Source: Bacteroidota bacterium
GTDB lineage: Bacteria > Bacteroidota > Bacteroidia > Bacteroidales > UBA4417
NCBI GenBank assembly: GCA_020048595.1
Contig: JAIFMH010000034.1
Coordinates: 1 to 38,693, forward strand
DNA length: 38,693 nucleotides
Reading direction: 5' to 3'
Shown: one piece after another, positions 17,987 through 27,605 of the stretch
How the letters are laid out: the number at the start of each line of letters is the position of its first letter
Position numbering within the stretch: position 1 is the first letter of the stretch
The notes under the pieces: model-generated
The model's database searches: none
What the model saw: the letters and a program-made list of their open reading frames with translations, nothing else
What the model was told of the DNA's origin: nothing
Made by a program: the position numbers and the translations under genes

Positions 17987-18436
17987 TCAAACCTTAACTT
18001 TCACAACTACTTTTCTAATAGGCATGCTCTTACCGGAAATGACCTTTGGCATGTGAAGGTCCTGTGGATACATAATGGCAAACATCCCTTTGGTATATCT
18101 GATCATATCTGGATTCCCGATAAATAACCAGTAATCCTCCTTTTCGTGGTAAGGCTCTGATATTTCCTGATTGTTCAGCCATTCATAGCCAATACACTCT
18201 TCACCTTCAATCATAAAATGAATATCAATGTAATTTTTGTGCGCCTCTAAAAGGCTTTCATCCAACGATTTTGTGGTACATTCCACTACCATTGCATACA
18301 CATTTTTTCCATCAAGAGCATACTCTCCTGATTCAACTTTTGAGAAATCGGTTTCACTTAAATACTGAAGGGCTGTTTTAATACGTTCGCCCAAACCAAA
18401 ATAAAGTGTGGCATTTGAAATGTGATCTGTAATCAT
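17987..18436 (-). CDS. YhcH/YjgK/YiaL family protein (DUF386; NanQ-like sugar-acid anomerase/isomerase family)
   Basis: 149 aa. The pattern ...ALQYL...G.Y.LDG..VYA.V......ES.LEAH..YIDIH..I.GEE.IG is typical for the family. Confidence 0.8.
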   Translation of the reverse strand: MITDHISNATLYFGLGERIKTALQYLSETDFSKVESGEYALDGKNVYAMVVECTTKSLDESLLEAHKNYIDIHFMIEGEECIGYEWLNNQEISEPYHEKEDYWLFIGNPDMIRYTKGMFAIMYPQDLHMPKVISGKSMPIRKVVVKVKV

Positions 18437-18456
18437 CTTTTTTGTTTTTTAAATTA

Positions 18457-18846
18457 TTAGTTTCTATTTTTTTCTCCAAAAACATCACGCACTGCCTCAA
18501 GGTATTTATACCCCGAGCGCAAATCCGGTTCGAGGTAACTTCCTTCAGTCCACTCGTTCCAGCAATTAATATTAAAAGTATTGCCACAATCAGGATTATT
18601 CTTCATGAATAATTTAGTTTCCTCCAATGCAGCCTTGAAAGCTTCCGGGGTATTTCCTCCCATTTTTGCCATAAACGGATAGCCAATATCAACCAGAGAA
18701 TCGTTCTGGTTTGTTCGCGGACTTGCATCCCAGCCCATGGTTACATTCGGGAAATAGGAAACACCATAATCTGTTTTTGCCTTCTCCCAATGTTCGAAAT
18801 AGCGGTCTCGAACCCAGTTGTAATCGGTTTGCGTTTCCTCTCTCAT
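18457..18846 (-). pseudogene. 5'-truncated WbsX / GH99-like family fragment (C-terminal ~130 aa only)
   Basis: YFPNVTMGWDASPR and NCWNEWTEGSYLEPD match the C-terminal part of WbsX-type proteins, whose full length I recall as about 370-400 aa. The upstream sequence is AT-rich with stops in frame. Confidence 0.55.
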
Positions 18847-18903
18847 GGTGATAAATTTTAATGAATTATTATTGACAAATCATTAATTATCAGTAATATA
18901 ATA

Positions 18904-20096
18904 TCAGAAAAAATCATTCCCATCAGACTTTGATTTTGGCCTCACCATAAACAATAGGATAGCACATATTATCATGATTAAAGCTGCGAACTGATACATA
19001 TTACTGAGATTTATGTTCGAGTCACGCAAAACCCCACCGGCATATATTGCCAAAGCATTGGCATCATATTGGAATCTCCGAACGCTCGTGTAAAAGAAAA
19101 TATCATAAAAGCAAAAATTGCAAGAGGTAGAATTGTAGTCCAGCTTGCTAAAAAAATGCAAGGTGCAGCTATTAAAAGGCCAATAGCAGGAACATGAATC
19201 CTTGAAAGGCGGTTTTTCCGGCTCCACCTGTCTGCAATAAAACCGCCGAAAAGTAATCCACCTATTGCTGCAGGATATAAATAACCAGTTGCATAAAGTC
19301 CGGCAATACCCTGGGAAAGGTTGAAATTTTCCTTATAGTATGTAGGGAGCCATCCCATCACTAGCCAACCGACAACTCCTAAAAGACCCCAGTATCCAAG
19401 CATCAAAAGAAAAGATCTCTTCCTAAACAGATCCCTTATACCTACAAAAAAGTTGATTTTACGCTCGGCTTTTCTTGTAATATTGTTTACAACATTTTTT
19501 GGTGGATCCTTAAGAAAAACCGCGACAACTATTGAATACACTATCCCCGCAACACCAAAAGAGATGAATAAAAAGTTCCAGGAATGATTTTCGGCAAGTA
19601 ATCCACCAAGAAATCCCAGACTCGATCCAACAAAAATTCCTGTCATATGAATTCCTGTTGCCAGGGAACGGGTAGAACTTCGGTGGTAATCTGCTATAAG
19701 TGCCAACGCTGCAGGAATATAACCTGCTTCACTTATACCCATTAATATCCGGGTAATCAATAATTGTTCAAATGTTCTTGAGTAAGCTGTCAACCATGTT
19801 ACTGCTGACCAGACTAATAAGCTTACGATAACAACACGGCTGCGATTAAATCTATCTGCAAGAAATCCTGCAAAAGGACTAAATATCCCATATGTCCATA
19901 AAAAAGCTGAAGTTAGAAGACCGAATTGAGCATCACTCATCGGAATTGCGTCGATAATTGAAGATCGCATAGTAGTGATCATTATACGATCGAGATAATT
20001 TAAGGCACCTATAAAAAAAAGTAATACAACTACAAGCCATGCGCCTTTTGGTAATTTTGATTCCGGAGTTAGTATCTCAGATGGAGTAATAGACAT
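18904..20096 (-). pseudogene. MFS transporter (ACS/hexuronate-type) with an internal deletion and frameshift near the 3' end
   Basis: Frame 1 (19011..20096) encodes TM1-10 and ends ...FGDSNMMPMLWQYMPVGFCVTRT*. The expected TM11-12 (..ALAIYAGGVLRDSNINLSNMYQFAALIMIICAILLFMV..) is encoded in another frame (18904..~19065). The usual ~20 aa between MPxLxQ and the (I/L)Y-x-GG-x-LRD segment appear to be missing. Confidence 0.5.
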
Positions 20097-20219
20097 TTGC
20101 GTTTGGTTTAAATTTAGAAAACTCTCTTTAAATGGTTAATCACTGACTCAGCCAGATTCTCTCCTTATCTGATAAACGATTGTTAATTATTTAGACCGTC
20201 ATCGAAACATGAAATTACC

Positions 20220-21143
20220 CTACTCTTTTTGTCTATCCCATACTGCCGGAGTAAAAAGCCAATTAGGTGCCCCATTTAATTTATCTTCTATTGTATTTAT
20301 TATTCCTTGATTAAGTGGTTTAGAATCAATTAGTTTAGCATTTTCATGTATATGTTCAGGATTATCTGCGCCTATAACAAGAGAGTTAACATACTTAAGG
20401 CTTTTAACATAGGAAACAGCCAGTTGGGCGACTGATATATTCATTTCTTCGGCAATTTCATTTATTTTTATTAAATACTTACCTATTTCTTTCAGGTTGC
20501 CCTTCAAATTTGTCGGATTTAAATAAAAGAGCCCCTGTAAAAATACACTCCTTGCAAAAACCAGTTTATTTTGAAGCCTCCGGGCACCATCCCCTTTGGT
20601 GATTCTCATATCAAGCATATTTACTGGAATTTGAAAGGCATGATAGATATCATTTTCCAGCATTACTTCAATTTCGTCAAATTCGTAACAAGAAGCTCCT
20701 GCCAATTTTATTATACCCTTGTCCAAAAGGTTTTCATAGACTTTTGTTATTTTATTCCCGAATGTTGAATACTCTTTTGCATTATGAATTAAAAGTATGT
20801 CTAGGTAATCTGTGTTGAGGTTTTTTAATGATTTTTCAACTGATCTCATCATAACAATTTCGACATCAGATGCACTAATCTTGCCTAATTGAAATTTAGT
20901 AACTATTGATATATCAGATCTTCTTATTTTGTAAGCTGATAAATATTTCCCGATAACTTTTTCAGAATCACCATAATCGGCTGCAGTGTCAATACAATTG
21001 ACACCAGAGGCGAGTGCTGAATCTAATATTCTGAATGCCTTTTCCTCGTCCGGTTTTCCTTCATTATTGGCAATACCATAATTTAAACCTAACTGGACAG
21101 TTCCCAAAGTCAACTTAGAAATTGAATTATTATATTCCATCAT
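20220..21143 (-). CDS. Aldo/keto reductase
   Basis: LGTVQLGLNYG...AFRILDSALASGVNCIDTAADYGDSEKVIG is the canonical AKR N-terminal pattern. Confidence 0.9.
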   Translation of the reverse strand: MMEYNNSISKLTLGTVQLGLNYGIANNEGKPDEEKAFRILDSALASGVNCIDTAADYGDSEKVIGKYLSAYKIRRSDISIVTKFQLGKISASDVEIVMMRSVEKSLKNLNTDYLDILLIHNAKEYSTFGNKITKVYENLLDKGIIKLAGASCYEFDEIEVMLENDIYHAFQIPVNMLDMRITKGDGARRLQNKLVFARSVFLQGLFYLNPTNLKGNLKEIGKYLIKINEIAEEMNISVAQLAVSYVKSLKYVNSLVIGADNPEHIHENAKLIDSKPLNQGIINTIEDKLNGAPNWLFTPAVWDRQKE

Positions 21144-21206
21144 TAATTATCCTATTTAATTTGTATTGTTTTTTTATTCACACCCTCTTTCAACAGTTTA
21201 TAGCAA

Positions 21207-22013
21207 TTAACTCTTCCCATCGTATATACTGCTTGTTGTATCGGGTATATTCTTAAAATTGGAAACAATTCCGGTGATATACTGGCTCAATCCTACAACA
21301 TCGGCTCCCATGTTGATAAATCTGTATCCCATATCTATTAATTCTTTAAGGTTGCCTGCTGAACCTACCGTGCCAGCGAATTTACCATGCTTTATAGCTA
21401 CCTCAGCAACTCTTTTCCTCGCCTTTAAAAGCGCTGGATGATCCCATTGCCCTGGTGCACCGATTCCCTGGCTGAAGTCCCCTGGTCCGAAAAATAGCAT
21501 ATCAATCCCTTCAAGTGCTGCAATTTCTTCAAGCTCATCTAAAGGCTCAGGATCTTCGATCTGAACTGATATAAATCTCCTCTCATTAGCCTGCTTAATG
21601 TATTCTTTAACATCGATAGTGCTATAGGCACCATCTGCATTTCCTCCATCGAGGGGTCGCCTGCCAACTGGATGAAAGCGGGTCATCTTTACTACATTCT
21701 TAGCATCAGCAAGACTCATGATATGAGGAACCATTATTCCGGATGCATCCATTTCCAAAGGTTTAATAAGATCACTATAGCTTCCTCTGGGAACCCTCAC
21801 CATGATGTCGGTATTATGAGCCTTGGAAGCCAGGATCTGTTTTTCAACGGCTGAAAAGTCATTCGGTGTATGTTCCATATCAGTCCATATACAATCAATA
21901 CCCGACAAGGCTGCTACCTCGCAGACACGTGAATCAAAAAGGTTAAGCTTGATACAGCTGACAATCCCTCCTGTCCTTAGTTTATCCAAAACTTTACTTT
22001 GTCTCATTTCCAT
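21207..22013 (-). CDS. HpcH/HpaI-family class II aldolase (2-keto-3-deoxy acid-sugar aldolase)
   Basis: CIWTDMEHTPNDF, MVRVP and QIEDPEPLDELEEIAALEGIDMLFFGPGDFSQGIG are typical for GarL/YfaU/HpaI-type aldolases. Confidence 0.9.
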   Translation of the reverse strand: MEMRQSKVLDKLRTGGIVSCIKLNLFDSRVCEVAALSGIDCIWTDMEHTPNDFSAVEKQILASKAHNTDIMVRVPRGSYSDLIKPLEMDASGIMVPHIMSLADAKNVVKMTRFHPVGRRPLDGGNADGAYSTIDVKEYIKQANERRFISVQIEDPEPLDELEEIAALEGIDMLFFGPGDFSQGIGAPGQWDHPALLKARKRVAEVAIKHGKFAGTVGSAGNLKELIDMGYRFINMGADVVGLSQYITGIVSNFKNIPDTTSSIYDGKS

Positions 22014-22077
22014 AATTAAAAACTCCTATATTATAATTTAAATTTAGTAAGTATATTTTCCCCTGTTCGGCTTTATA

Positions 22078-22887
22078 TTACCAGGCTGTCCAGCCACCAT
22101 CGATAATAATGTTTGATCCTGTCATATAGCTTGATGCATCGGATGCTAGAAGTATTAATGCCCCTGCCAACTCCTCCGGTCTTCCTGCTCTTCCCATCAT
22201 AGTTTTTGCATGTAATTTCTGTTTGAAATCTTCGGTCAGGTTCCCTTTTGGGTTGGGAAATGGTCCTGGTGTAATGCTGTTTACTCTGATATTTTTACCG
22301 GCAAGATGGCCTGCACAGTATCTTGTAAATTGCAATACTCCGGCTTTCGCCGCACCGTACTGTGGTGGATTGTTCTGCCCGCTCGTACCATAAATCCCCG
22401 GATCAGGAGATACTATCCCGTACATAGATGCGATATTGATAATATTCCCTACTCCATTTTCATAAAAATACGGGAGCACCTCCCTTGTGCATCTGAATGT
22501 TATATTAAGTGTACCATCTATGCCTGTTTCCCAGATTTCATCGGACATCTCGTCGATGGAATGAGTGGCAACCTTTTTCCCGCCAGCTCCTCCTCCGTAA
22601 ACCGCACAGTTAATTAAAACATCGATCCTGCCGTGCAGGTTTTTTACCTTTGCAAACATTTCCCTTGTTGAATCTGTACTTGAAAGATCACATTTGAGTA
22701 CTTTCAGATTCTCAGCCAGATCATCTCCACCTGCAATTTCAACAGGCTTTTTTTCTGCAATGTCAGCTATCACTACTGTCCCTCCGGCTTCAAGAAGGGC
22801 TTTTGACATGGCACTTCCAATGTAACCGATGCCTCCGGTTATGAGAATAACTTTACTTTTTAGGCTTAATAAATCTTTAATGTTCAT
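22078..22887 (-). CDS. SDR-family oxidoreductase
   Basis: ITGGIGYIGSAM (TGxxxGxG) together with the YGAAKAG catalytic YxxxK motif. Confidence 0.9.
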   Translation of the reverse strand: MNIKDLLSLKSKVILITGGIGYIGSAMSKALLEAGGTVVIADIAEKKPVEIAGGDDLAENLKVLKCDLSSTDSTREMFAKVKNLHGRIDVLINCAVYGGGAGGKKVATHSIDEMSDEIWETGIDGTLNITFRCTREVLPYFYENGVGNIINIASMYGIVSPDPGIYGTSGQNNPPQYGAAKAGVLQFTRYCAGHLAGKNIRVNSITPGPFPNPKGNLTEDFKQKLHAKTMMGRAGRPEELAGALILLASDASSYMTGSNIIIDGGWTAW

Positions 22888-22899
22888 AATATCATGTCA

Positions 22900-24534
22900 T
22901 TAATGGGTGCGATCTAGAAATACGAAGGAATATATGTCAGCGTCTCTGATTACGAAACGCAGGCGCACCGGTTTCCCGGCAAGAGTGGAGAGATCGGGAT
23001 TTGCCTTCCAGCTTACAGCTCTTTCGAGATTGTCTCCATAAATCTCATGACAATCGGCTAAACTAAAGCCGGGTAAAGACCGACCATCAATATCCTGAAC
23101 CTCAATACGAACGGAGCCTGCTGCAGAGGTTGAGACATTCAGAAACAATGTATTTCCGGTAAACGTGATAGGTTTGGTGACCATCTCACCCCCGACAAGC
23201 GGAGCATGCAGGGATACAAAACCATCGATGCGTATGTTGTATCTGCGGATGATGGCCCCTCTATCTTGGTTTTTCCTTTCAAGGAAATATAACGAAAGTT
23301 CAGGTGGAGCATCCTCTATAGCGGAGCTGGTTTCCACAATACCCCAATTCTGGTACATGTCGCCATAGAACCAGCCGCCTTTATTTCTCAACCCAGGGCG
23401 AAGAAAAGCCTCAGGCCAGATACGGAAATTATGTCGGTCGCGGCTCGACATGATCATACCCTCTGTTAGAGCTGTACCCAGTCTGCGGGTTTCTTTTGCA
23501 CGTGTATACCTGTAATCATATTCCGGCAGGGCCTTTGCTGACTCCGTCCAGCCACGATCGATGTAACGTGTTGGAAAACCTATCAACAGGTGGGGTGCAC
23601 GGTAATATGGTATAATCTGATTCGTATACAACTCGCTAACCCGGCCCGATGGATACTCCTTCCCCGCAGTATCTTTCGCAGACACCGATAAAGCATTGTG
23701 ATTGCCCGGATCAACGATGGCTGAATAGCCGAGGAACACGGGGTCTGTCCAATTGAGGAAATCATGCGATGTCTCGGTCATGATATCGCGCCCTTTATCG
23801 CTTCCGGAGTTTATGAGATTCCAATTACCCTCAGCCCCTCCCCTAAAGGTCCGATGGTATGCACGATATTCACCTTGCAGCTCATCCCAGAAAGCGAGAT
23901 TCTGTGAATCGAAGTCACCCTTGGTGACAACTGGCACTGAATCCATTAACTTCCAATTGATACCATCAGATGACTTATATGCATACAGCCCTTTTTTTCC
24001 AACTGTTATTCCGAGTGCTTTGTACTTTGCGTCTGCCATGCACTCCGGATTTGTGTCAATGAAGGGTGAAAAACTTTCATTACCTGAGTCCAGAATAATA
24101 TTGTTCTTTTTTGATCCATTATATGAAAAGAGACCCAGCTCCGGCCTTATCCAGTGGATGCCATCTTGACTTTCAGCGTAACAGTAAACATTACGCGTGG
24201 TCGGCCGGTCTTTTCCATTAAGATAGGAAATATGCCTGCCACGGTAGTACATACGGTATTTAGTACTATCCTTAAAAACCGTTACATAGCCGGTTCCATT
24301 ACCTTCCCATGGTTCATTAGTCTCTAGGGCAATGTCCTGTGGAGTTGGATGTTGCATTTGTAATTCGGTCTTACCCGAAAGACGTTCAATAAGGTAGTCG
24401 TCCACAAATAATTCCCTATTACTGCCTAATCTGATTATTTCGTTGTTAACAGTCTTTTCTGAACATTTGTAACCTGATATGGTAATAAAGAGTACAATTA
24501 ATAAAAGTTGGTTTTTCATATAAATGATTTTCAT
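22900..24534 (-). CDS. Secreted beta-propeller-type putative glycoside hydrolase with a C-terminal jelly-roll domain (unclassified family); AT-rich homologue of 26157..27632
   Basis: Shares with 26157..27632 the blocks ELFVDD, CYAES-DGI-W, F-PF-DT-P---DA-YKAL, ELYTNQ--PY-RAPH, FLRPGL, DGF-S, GGE--TKP--FTG--LF-N-ST-AAGS-R-E-QD, LPGF and GKPVRLRF--R--D-YSF-F. The start may be the second Met (MKNQLLL). Confidence 0.8.
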   Translation of the reverse strand: MKIIYMKNQLLLIVLFITISGYKCSEKTVNNEIIRLGSNRELFVDDYLIERLSGKTELQMQHPTPQDIALETNEPWEGNGTGYVTVFKDSTKYRMYYRGRHISYLNGKDRPTTRNVYCYAESQDGIHWIRPELGLFSYNGSKKNNIILDSGNESFSPFIDTNPECMADAKYKALGITVGKKGLYAYKSSDGINWKLMDSVPVVTKGDFDSQNLAFWDELQGEYRAYHRTFRGGAEGNWNLINSGSDKGRDIMTETSHDFLNWTDPVFLGYSAIVDPGNHNALSVSAKDTAGKEYPSGRVSELYTNQIIPYYRAPHLLIGFPTRYIDRGWTESAKALPEYDYRYTRAKETRRLGTALTEGMIMSSRDRHNFRIWPEAFLRPGLRNKGGWFYGDMYQNWGIVETSSAIEDAPPELSLYFLERKNQDRGAIIRRYNIRIDGFVSLHAPLVGGEMVTKPITFTGNTLFLNVSTSAAGSVRIEVQDIDGRSLPGFSLADCHEIYGDNLERAVSWKANPDLSTLAGKPVRLRFVIRDADIYSFVFLDRTH

Positions 24535-24604
24535 GATTTATTTTTTTATAACATGGATTTGTCGGGAGAGTGTTCAAGCCATTTTAATGGAGTATTTAAA
24601 TCCA

Positions 24605-26005
24605 TCAAAAATTAGCTGCATTCTGAACCTTAAATACCCAGGCATACTGGCACGGATTTGTAGCTGGTGACATCGCAGGCGGAGTAATAATCAGTTTTTT
24701 ACCTGAAACCGAATATTTTACTTTGCCTTTAAAACCAAGCATTGAAACCGATTTGGTAGAACCAATTCCTTCAACTACAATCGGTTTATCCTGCCATTTG
24801 GTAACAATCACATACAAATCAGCGCCTTTTTTGGTGAAATAAACAGTCGTTTCAGGTTTTACAATAGGAGCTTTGTCCCATTTGCGAGTGCTATAAATGG
24901 CTTCGCCGTTTACTTTCAGCCATGCGCCCATATCGGACAGGCGTTGTTGCATGATCTCAGGAATACGACCATCTGCTGTTGGCCCAATGTTGAGTAACAG
25001 GTTTCCACCACGAGCAACCTTGTTTATCAGGATATGTACCAACTCTTCTGAAGTGGAATAATCCTCCAGCACTTCGTTCCGGTTGTAACCAAACGAACCA
25101 GCTGTACCCCGGCATTCTTCCCAAGGATGTTCAAATTTGGTGTCGTTCGCATTACCCTCGTACACCAAATCGTATTCGGTGGTATAATATCCGCCATGTT
25201 TGCTGCGGGTTTCTTTACCCCAGCGGTCGTTTACCACTACGGTGTTTTTTACGGGAGATTCGTTATAAAGCCAGGCCAAAAATTGGGTGCTTTTCCATGC
25301 TTCACTTGGGTGATCCCATTCTCCGTCGGAATAAACCACGTCGGGTTCATAGCGGGTCACCAGATCTTTCATCTGCGGAATCATGTGATCGTCAACGTAT
25401 TTGCCAAGGTCAGATTTATACAAAGGGTTGAACCATTCGTAAAGCGAATAATAAAAGCCCATGTGCAATCCACTTGCTTTCACCGATTTGGTCAGATCGC
25501 CACACAAATCGCGGTGCGGACCAACATCAACTGAGTTCCAGTTCCAGCTCTGTGCACTAGGCCAAAGTGTAAAGCCATCGTGGTGTTTGGAGGCCAATAC
25601 AATGTATTTGGCACCTGCTTCTTTAAATCGTTCAGCCCATTCGTCGGGATTGAACATTTCAGCTTTGAACTGATTGGCAAAATCCTGGTATTTAAAATCT
25701 TTTCCATACACCTGATTGTGATAGTCGATAAAAAAATGTTGTACTTTGGATGGGTTTACCAAACGGCTCCAGTACCATTCGGCATATTGTTCGTAAACAC
25801 CCACCTTATCGCGTTTGGTTGGACTATAAGCCGGTACTGAATACAATCCCCAAAAAATAAAAATCCCGAATTTGGCATCTTCGAACCATGTTGGAACAGG
25901 ACGACTGTCGATGGATGACCAGTTAGGCTGGTAGGTTTTTTGTGAAAACCCATGCAGTAAAGCAATAAAGAGAAATACAAATACTAAAATGATTGATTTT
26001 TTCAT
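24605..26005 (-). CDS. Alpha-L-fucosidase, GH29
   Basis: Signal peptide, then YQPNWSSIDSRPVPTWFEDAKFGIFIFWGLYSVPAY, AEWYW and KYIVLASKHHDGFTLWPS, which are classic GH29 motifs. Confidence 0.9.
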   Translation of the reverse strand: MKKSIILVFVFLFIALLHGFSQKTYQPNWSSIDSRPVPTWFEDAKFGIFIFWGLYSVPAYSPTKRDKVGVYEQYAEWYWSRLVNPSKVQHFFIDYHNQVYGKDFKYQDFANQFKAEMFNPDEWAERFKEAGAKYIVLASKHHDGFTLWPSAQSWNWNSVDVGPHRDLCGDLTKSVKASGLHMGFYYSLYEWFNPLYKSDLGKYVDDHMIPQMKDLVTRYEPDVVYSDGEWDHPSEAWKSTQFLAWLYNESPVKNTVVVNDRWGKETRSKHGGYYTTEYDLVYEGNANDTKFEHPWEECRGTAGSFGYNRNEVLEDYSTSEELVHILINKVARGGNLLLNIGPTADGRIPEIMQQRLSDMGAWLKVNGEAIYSTRKWDKAPIVKPETTVYFTKKGADLYVIVTKWQDKPIVVEGIGSTKSVSMLGFKGKVKYSVSGKKLIITPPAMSPATNPCQYAWVFKVQNAANF

Positions 26006-26026
26006 ATTTAAATATTTTTGTGTTAC

Positions 26027-26043
26027 TTAAATATCTAATTTGA
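26027..26043 (-). promoter_or_regulatory. Conserved 17-nt upstream box (gene orientation TCAAATTAGATATTTAA), also at 16307..16323 and 27651..27667
   Basis: 16/17 identical to the boxes upstream of the two GC-rich genes. All three lie 16-21 nt upstream of the ATG. It contains a TAGAT(T/A)TT stretch loosely resembling the Bacteroidota -7 element TAnnTTTG. Confidence 0.35.
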
Positions 26044-26051
26044 TTTTTTTG

Positions 26052-26070
26052 AACCGGAAATACTCCGGTT
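26052..26070. other. Short hairpin (aaccgga aatac tccggtt) at the lower edge of GC island 3
   Basis: Perfect 7-bp arms. No U-tract follows on the minus strand, so it is not a canonical terminator for the upstream gene. Confidence 0.25.
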
Positions 26071-27605
26071 TGTGGGCAAAAGAGGGCAGGCTGGCCTCCA
26101 CTTCTTTCAGGAAATCGACGATTCCGTTGGAGGTGCAGGCCGAACCCGGTCTCCTTCTACTTGCTGTGGAATCGGAACGAATACACATCGCACTCGCGCA
26201 TCGCGAATCGCAGGCGCACCGGTTTCCCTGCGATGGCAGCAAGGTTCGGGTTGTTCTTCCATCTCACCCGCCGCTCGATCGCGTCGCCGATGACGGCCTG
26301 GCAATCATCCATGCCGAACCCCGGTAGTGCCTGGCCCGAAGCGTCCTGGATCTCGACCCGCAGCGAGCCGGCTGCCCCGGTGCTGAAGTTCACGAACAGG
26401 GAATCACCTGTGAAGATCAGGGGCTTCGTCAGCAGTTCGCCGCCGTCGGCGCCGGCGTTCACGGAGATGAAGCCGTCGGTCCGCAGGGTGTAGCGATCGC
26501 CGCTTATTGTATTATAGATGGACATCTCCTCGGGGCCTGTCGGCACGACATTCAGTGATACGTAGTTCGCCCTTTGTTCCCATCTTGCCGGATCCAAGCC
26601 TGGCCGGATGAAGGCCTCCCTGAAGGTGCGCTGATATGAAGCGGAACCGGCGCGCATCGTCATGAGCATGATGTCGGTGGAGCCGTAGTTGCCCTCCACC
26701 GGCTCTCCCATCTCGATGCCCATCATGAATCTACTCGGCAATGCGACATAGATATGCGGCGCGCGGAAATAGGGATGCGTCTGATTCGTGTAGAGTTGTT
26801 CGCCCGGAAGATTGGCATCGGTGTCGACCAGCGGAGTCCAGGTGATGAAGTCGGTCGAGGTCGTCCGACCGACTCGCCGCTGGAACTTCTTGTACGGATC
26901 CGTCTGTGGAGGCTCGATCATGCCCCAGGTGCGGACAAAACAGACATAGCAGTTCTCGGCCTCGGACCAGAAGGCCGGACTCGACGAATCGAAGGGCCAG
27001 GGCGTTCCGGGGGCCTGATTCGGCGTTTTTATGACAGGCGCGTCCTGGATCTTGCTCCAGTGGATACCATCGGCGCTCTTGAAAGCGATCAGTCCGGTCC
27101 CTCCCGATCCCGCCAGCGCTTTGTACCGGGCGTCCGGTGCGACACCGGGCCGGGTGTCGAGGAAGGGGGTGAAGTTGTGGGTGAACGGAGCCTGGCGGGC
27201 CAGGATCACATTGCCGCCCTTCGAGCTTTGGATCTTTGTGATGCCCAGGTCGGGGAACGTCCATTCGATACCGTCGCGGCTTTCCGCATAGCAGGTGATC
27301 TCGTTCGGTTCGTTGTCTGCGTTGCGCTCCTGTCGCCCCTTATCGTACCCGGGAATGTCGGAACGATAGTACGCCCGGTAGAGATCCCCGTCCTTGATGA
27401 TGGTGCCGTACGCGCCGCTCGGCAGGGGACTCCTGGCGGGCGCTTGCCTGACCGGCGCATGCAATCGGAACGCGACGCCCGTCATGCGCTCGACGAGCAG
27501 GTCGTCGACGAAAAGCTCCAGTCGTGTGCCTATCTCAACGGGTTTCATGCTCGTGCTCTTCTCCTGTGCGGTGAGTGGCGATGGGATCATCAGATTGTAG
27601 GCGAT
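26060..27605. other. GC-rich compositional island 3
   Basis: Same visual criteria as the other islands. Shadow ORF 26754..27623 lies on the + strand. The GC-rich tract extends ~100 nt beyond the stop codon. Confidence 0.7.

Noticed and set aside
26027-26242. Track ORF of 71 aa spanning the 3' end of the GC-rich gene and the GC-rich tail beyond its stop, which might be the start of a further foreign gene.
   Set aside because: It overlaps the end of the 491-aa gene in another frame. It has no recognisable motif in any frame, and the sequence is too short to interpret.
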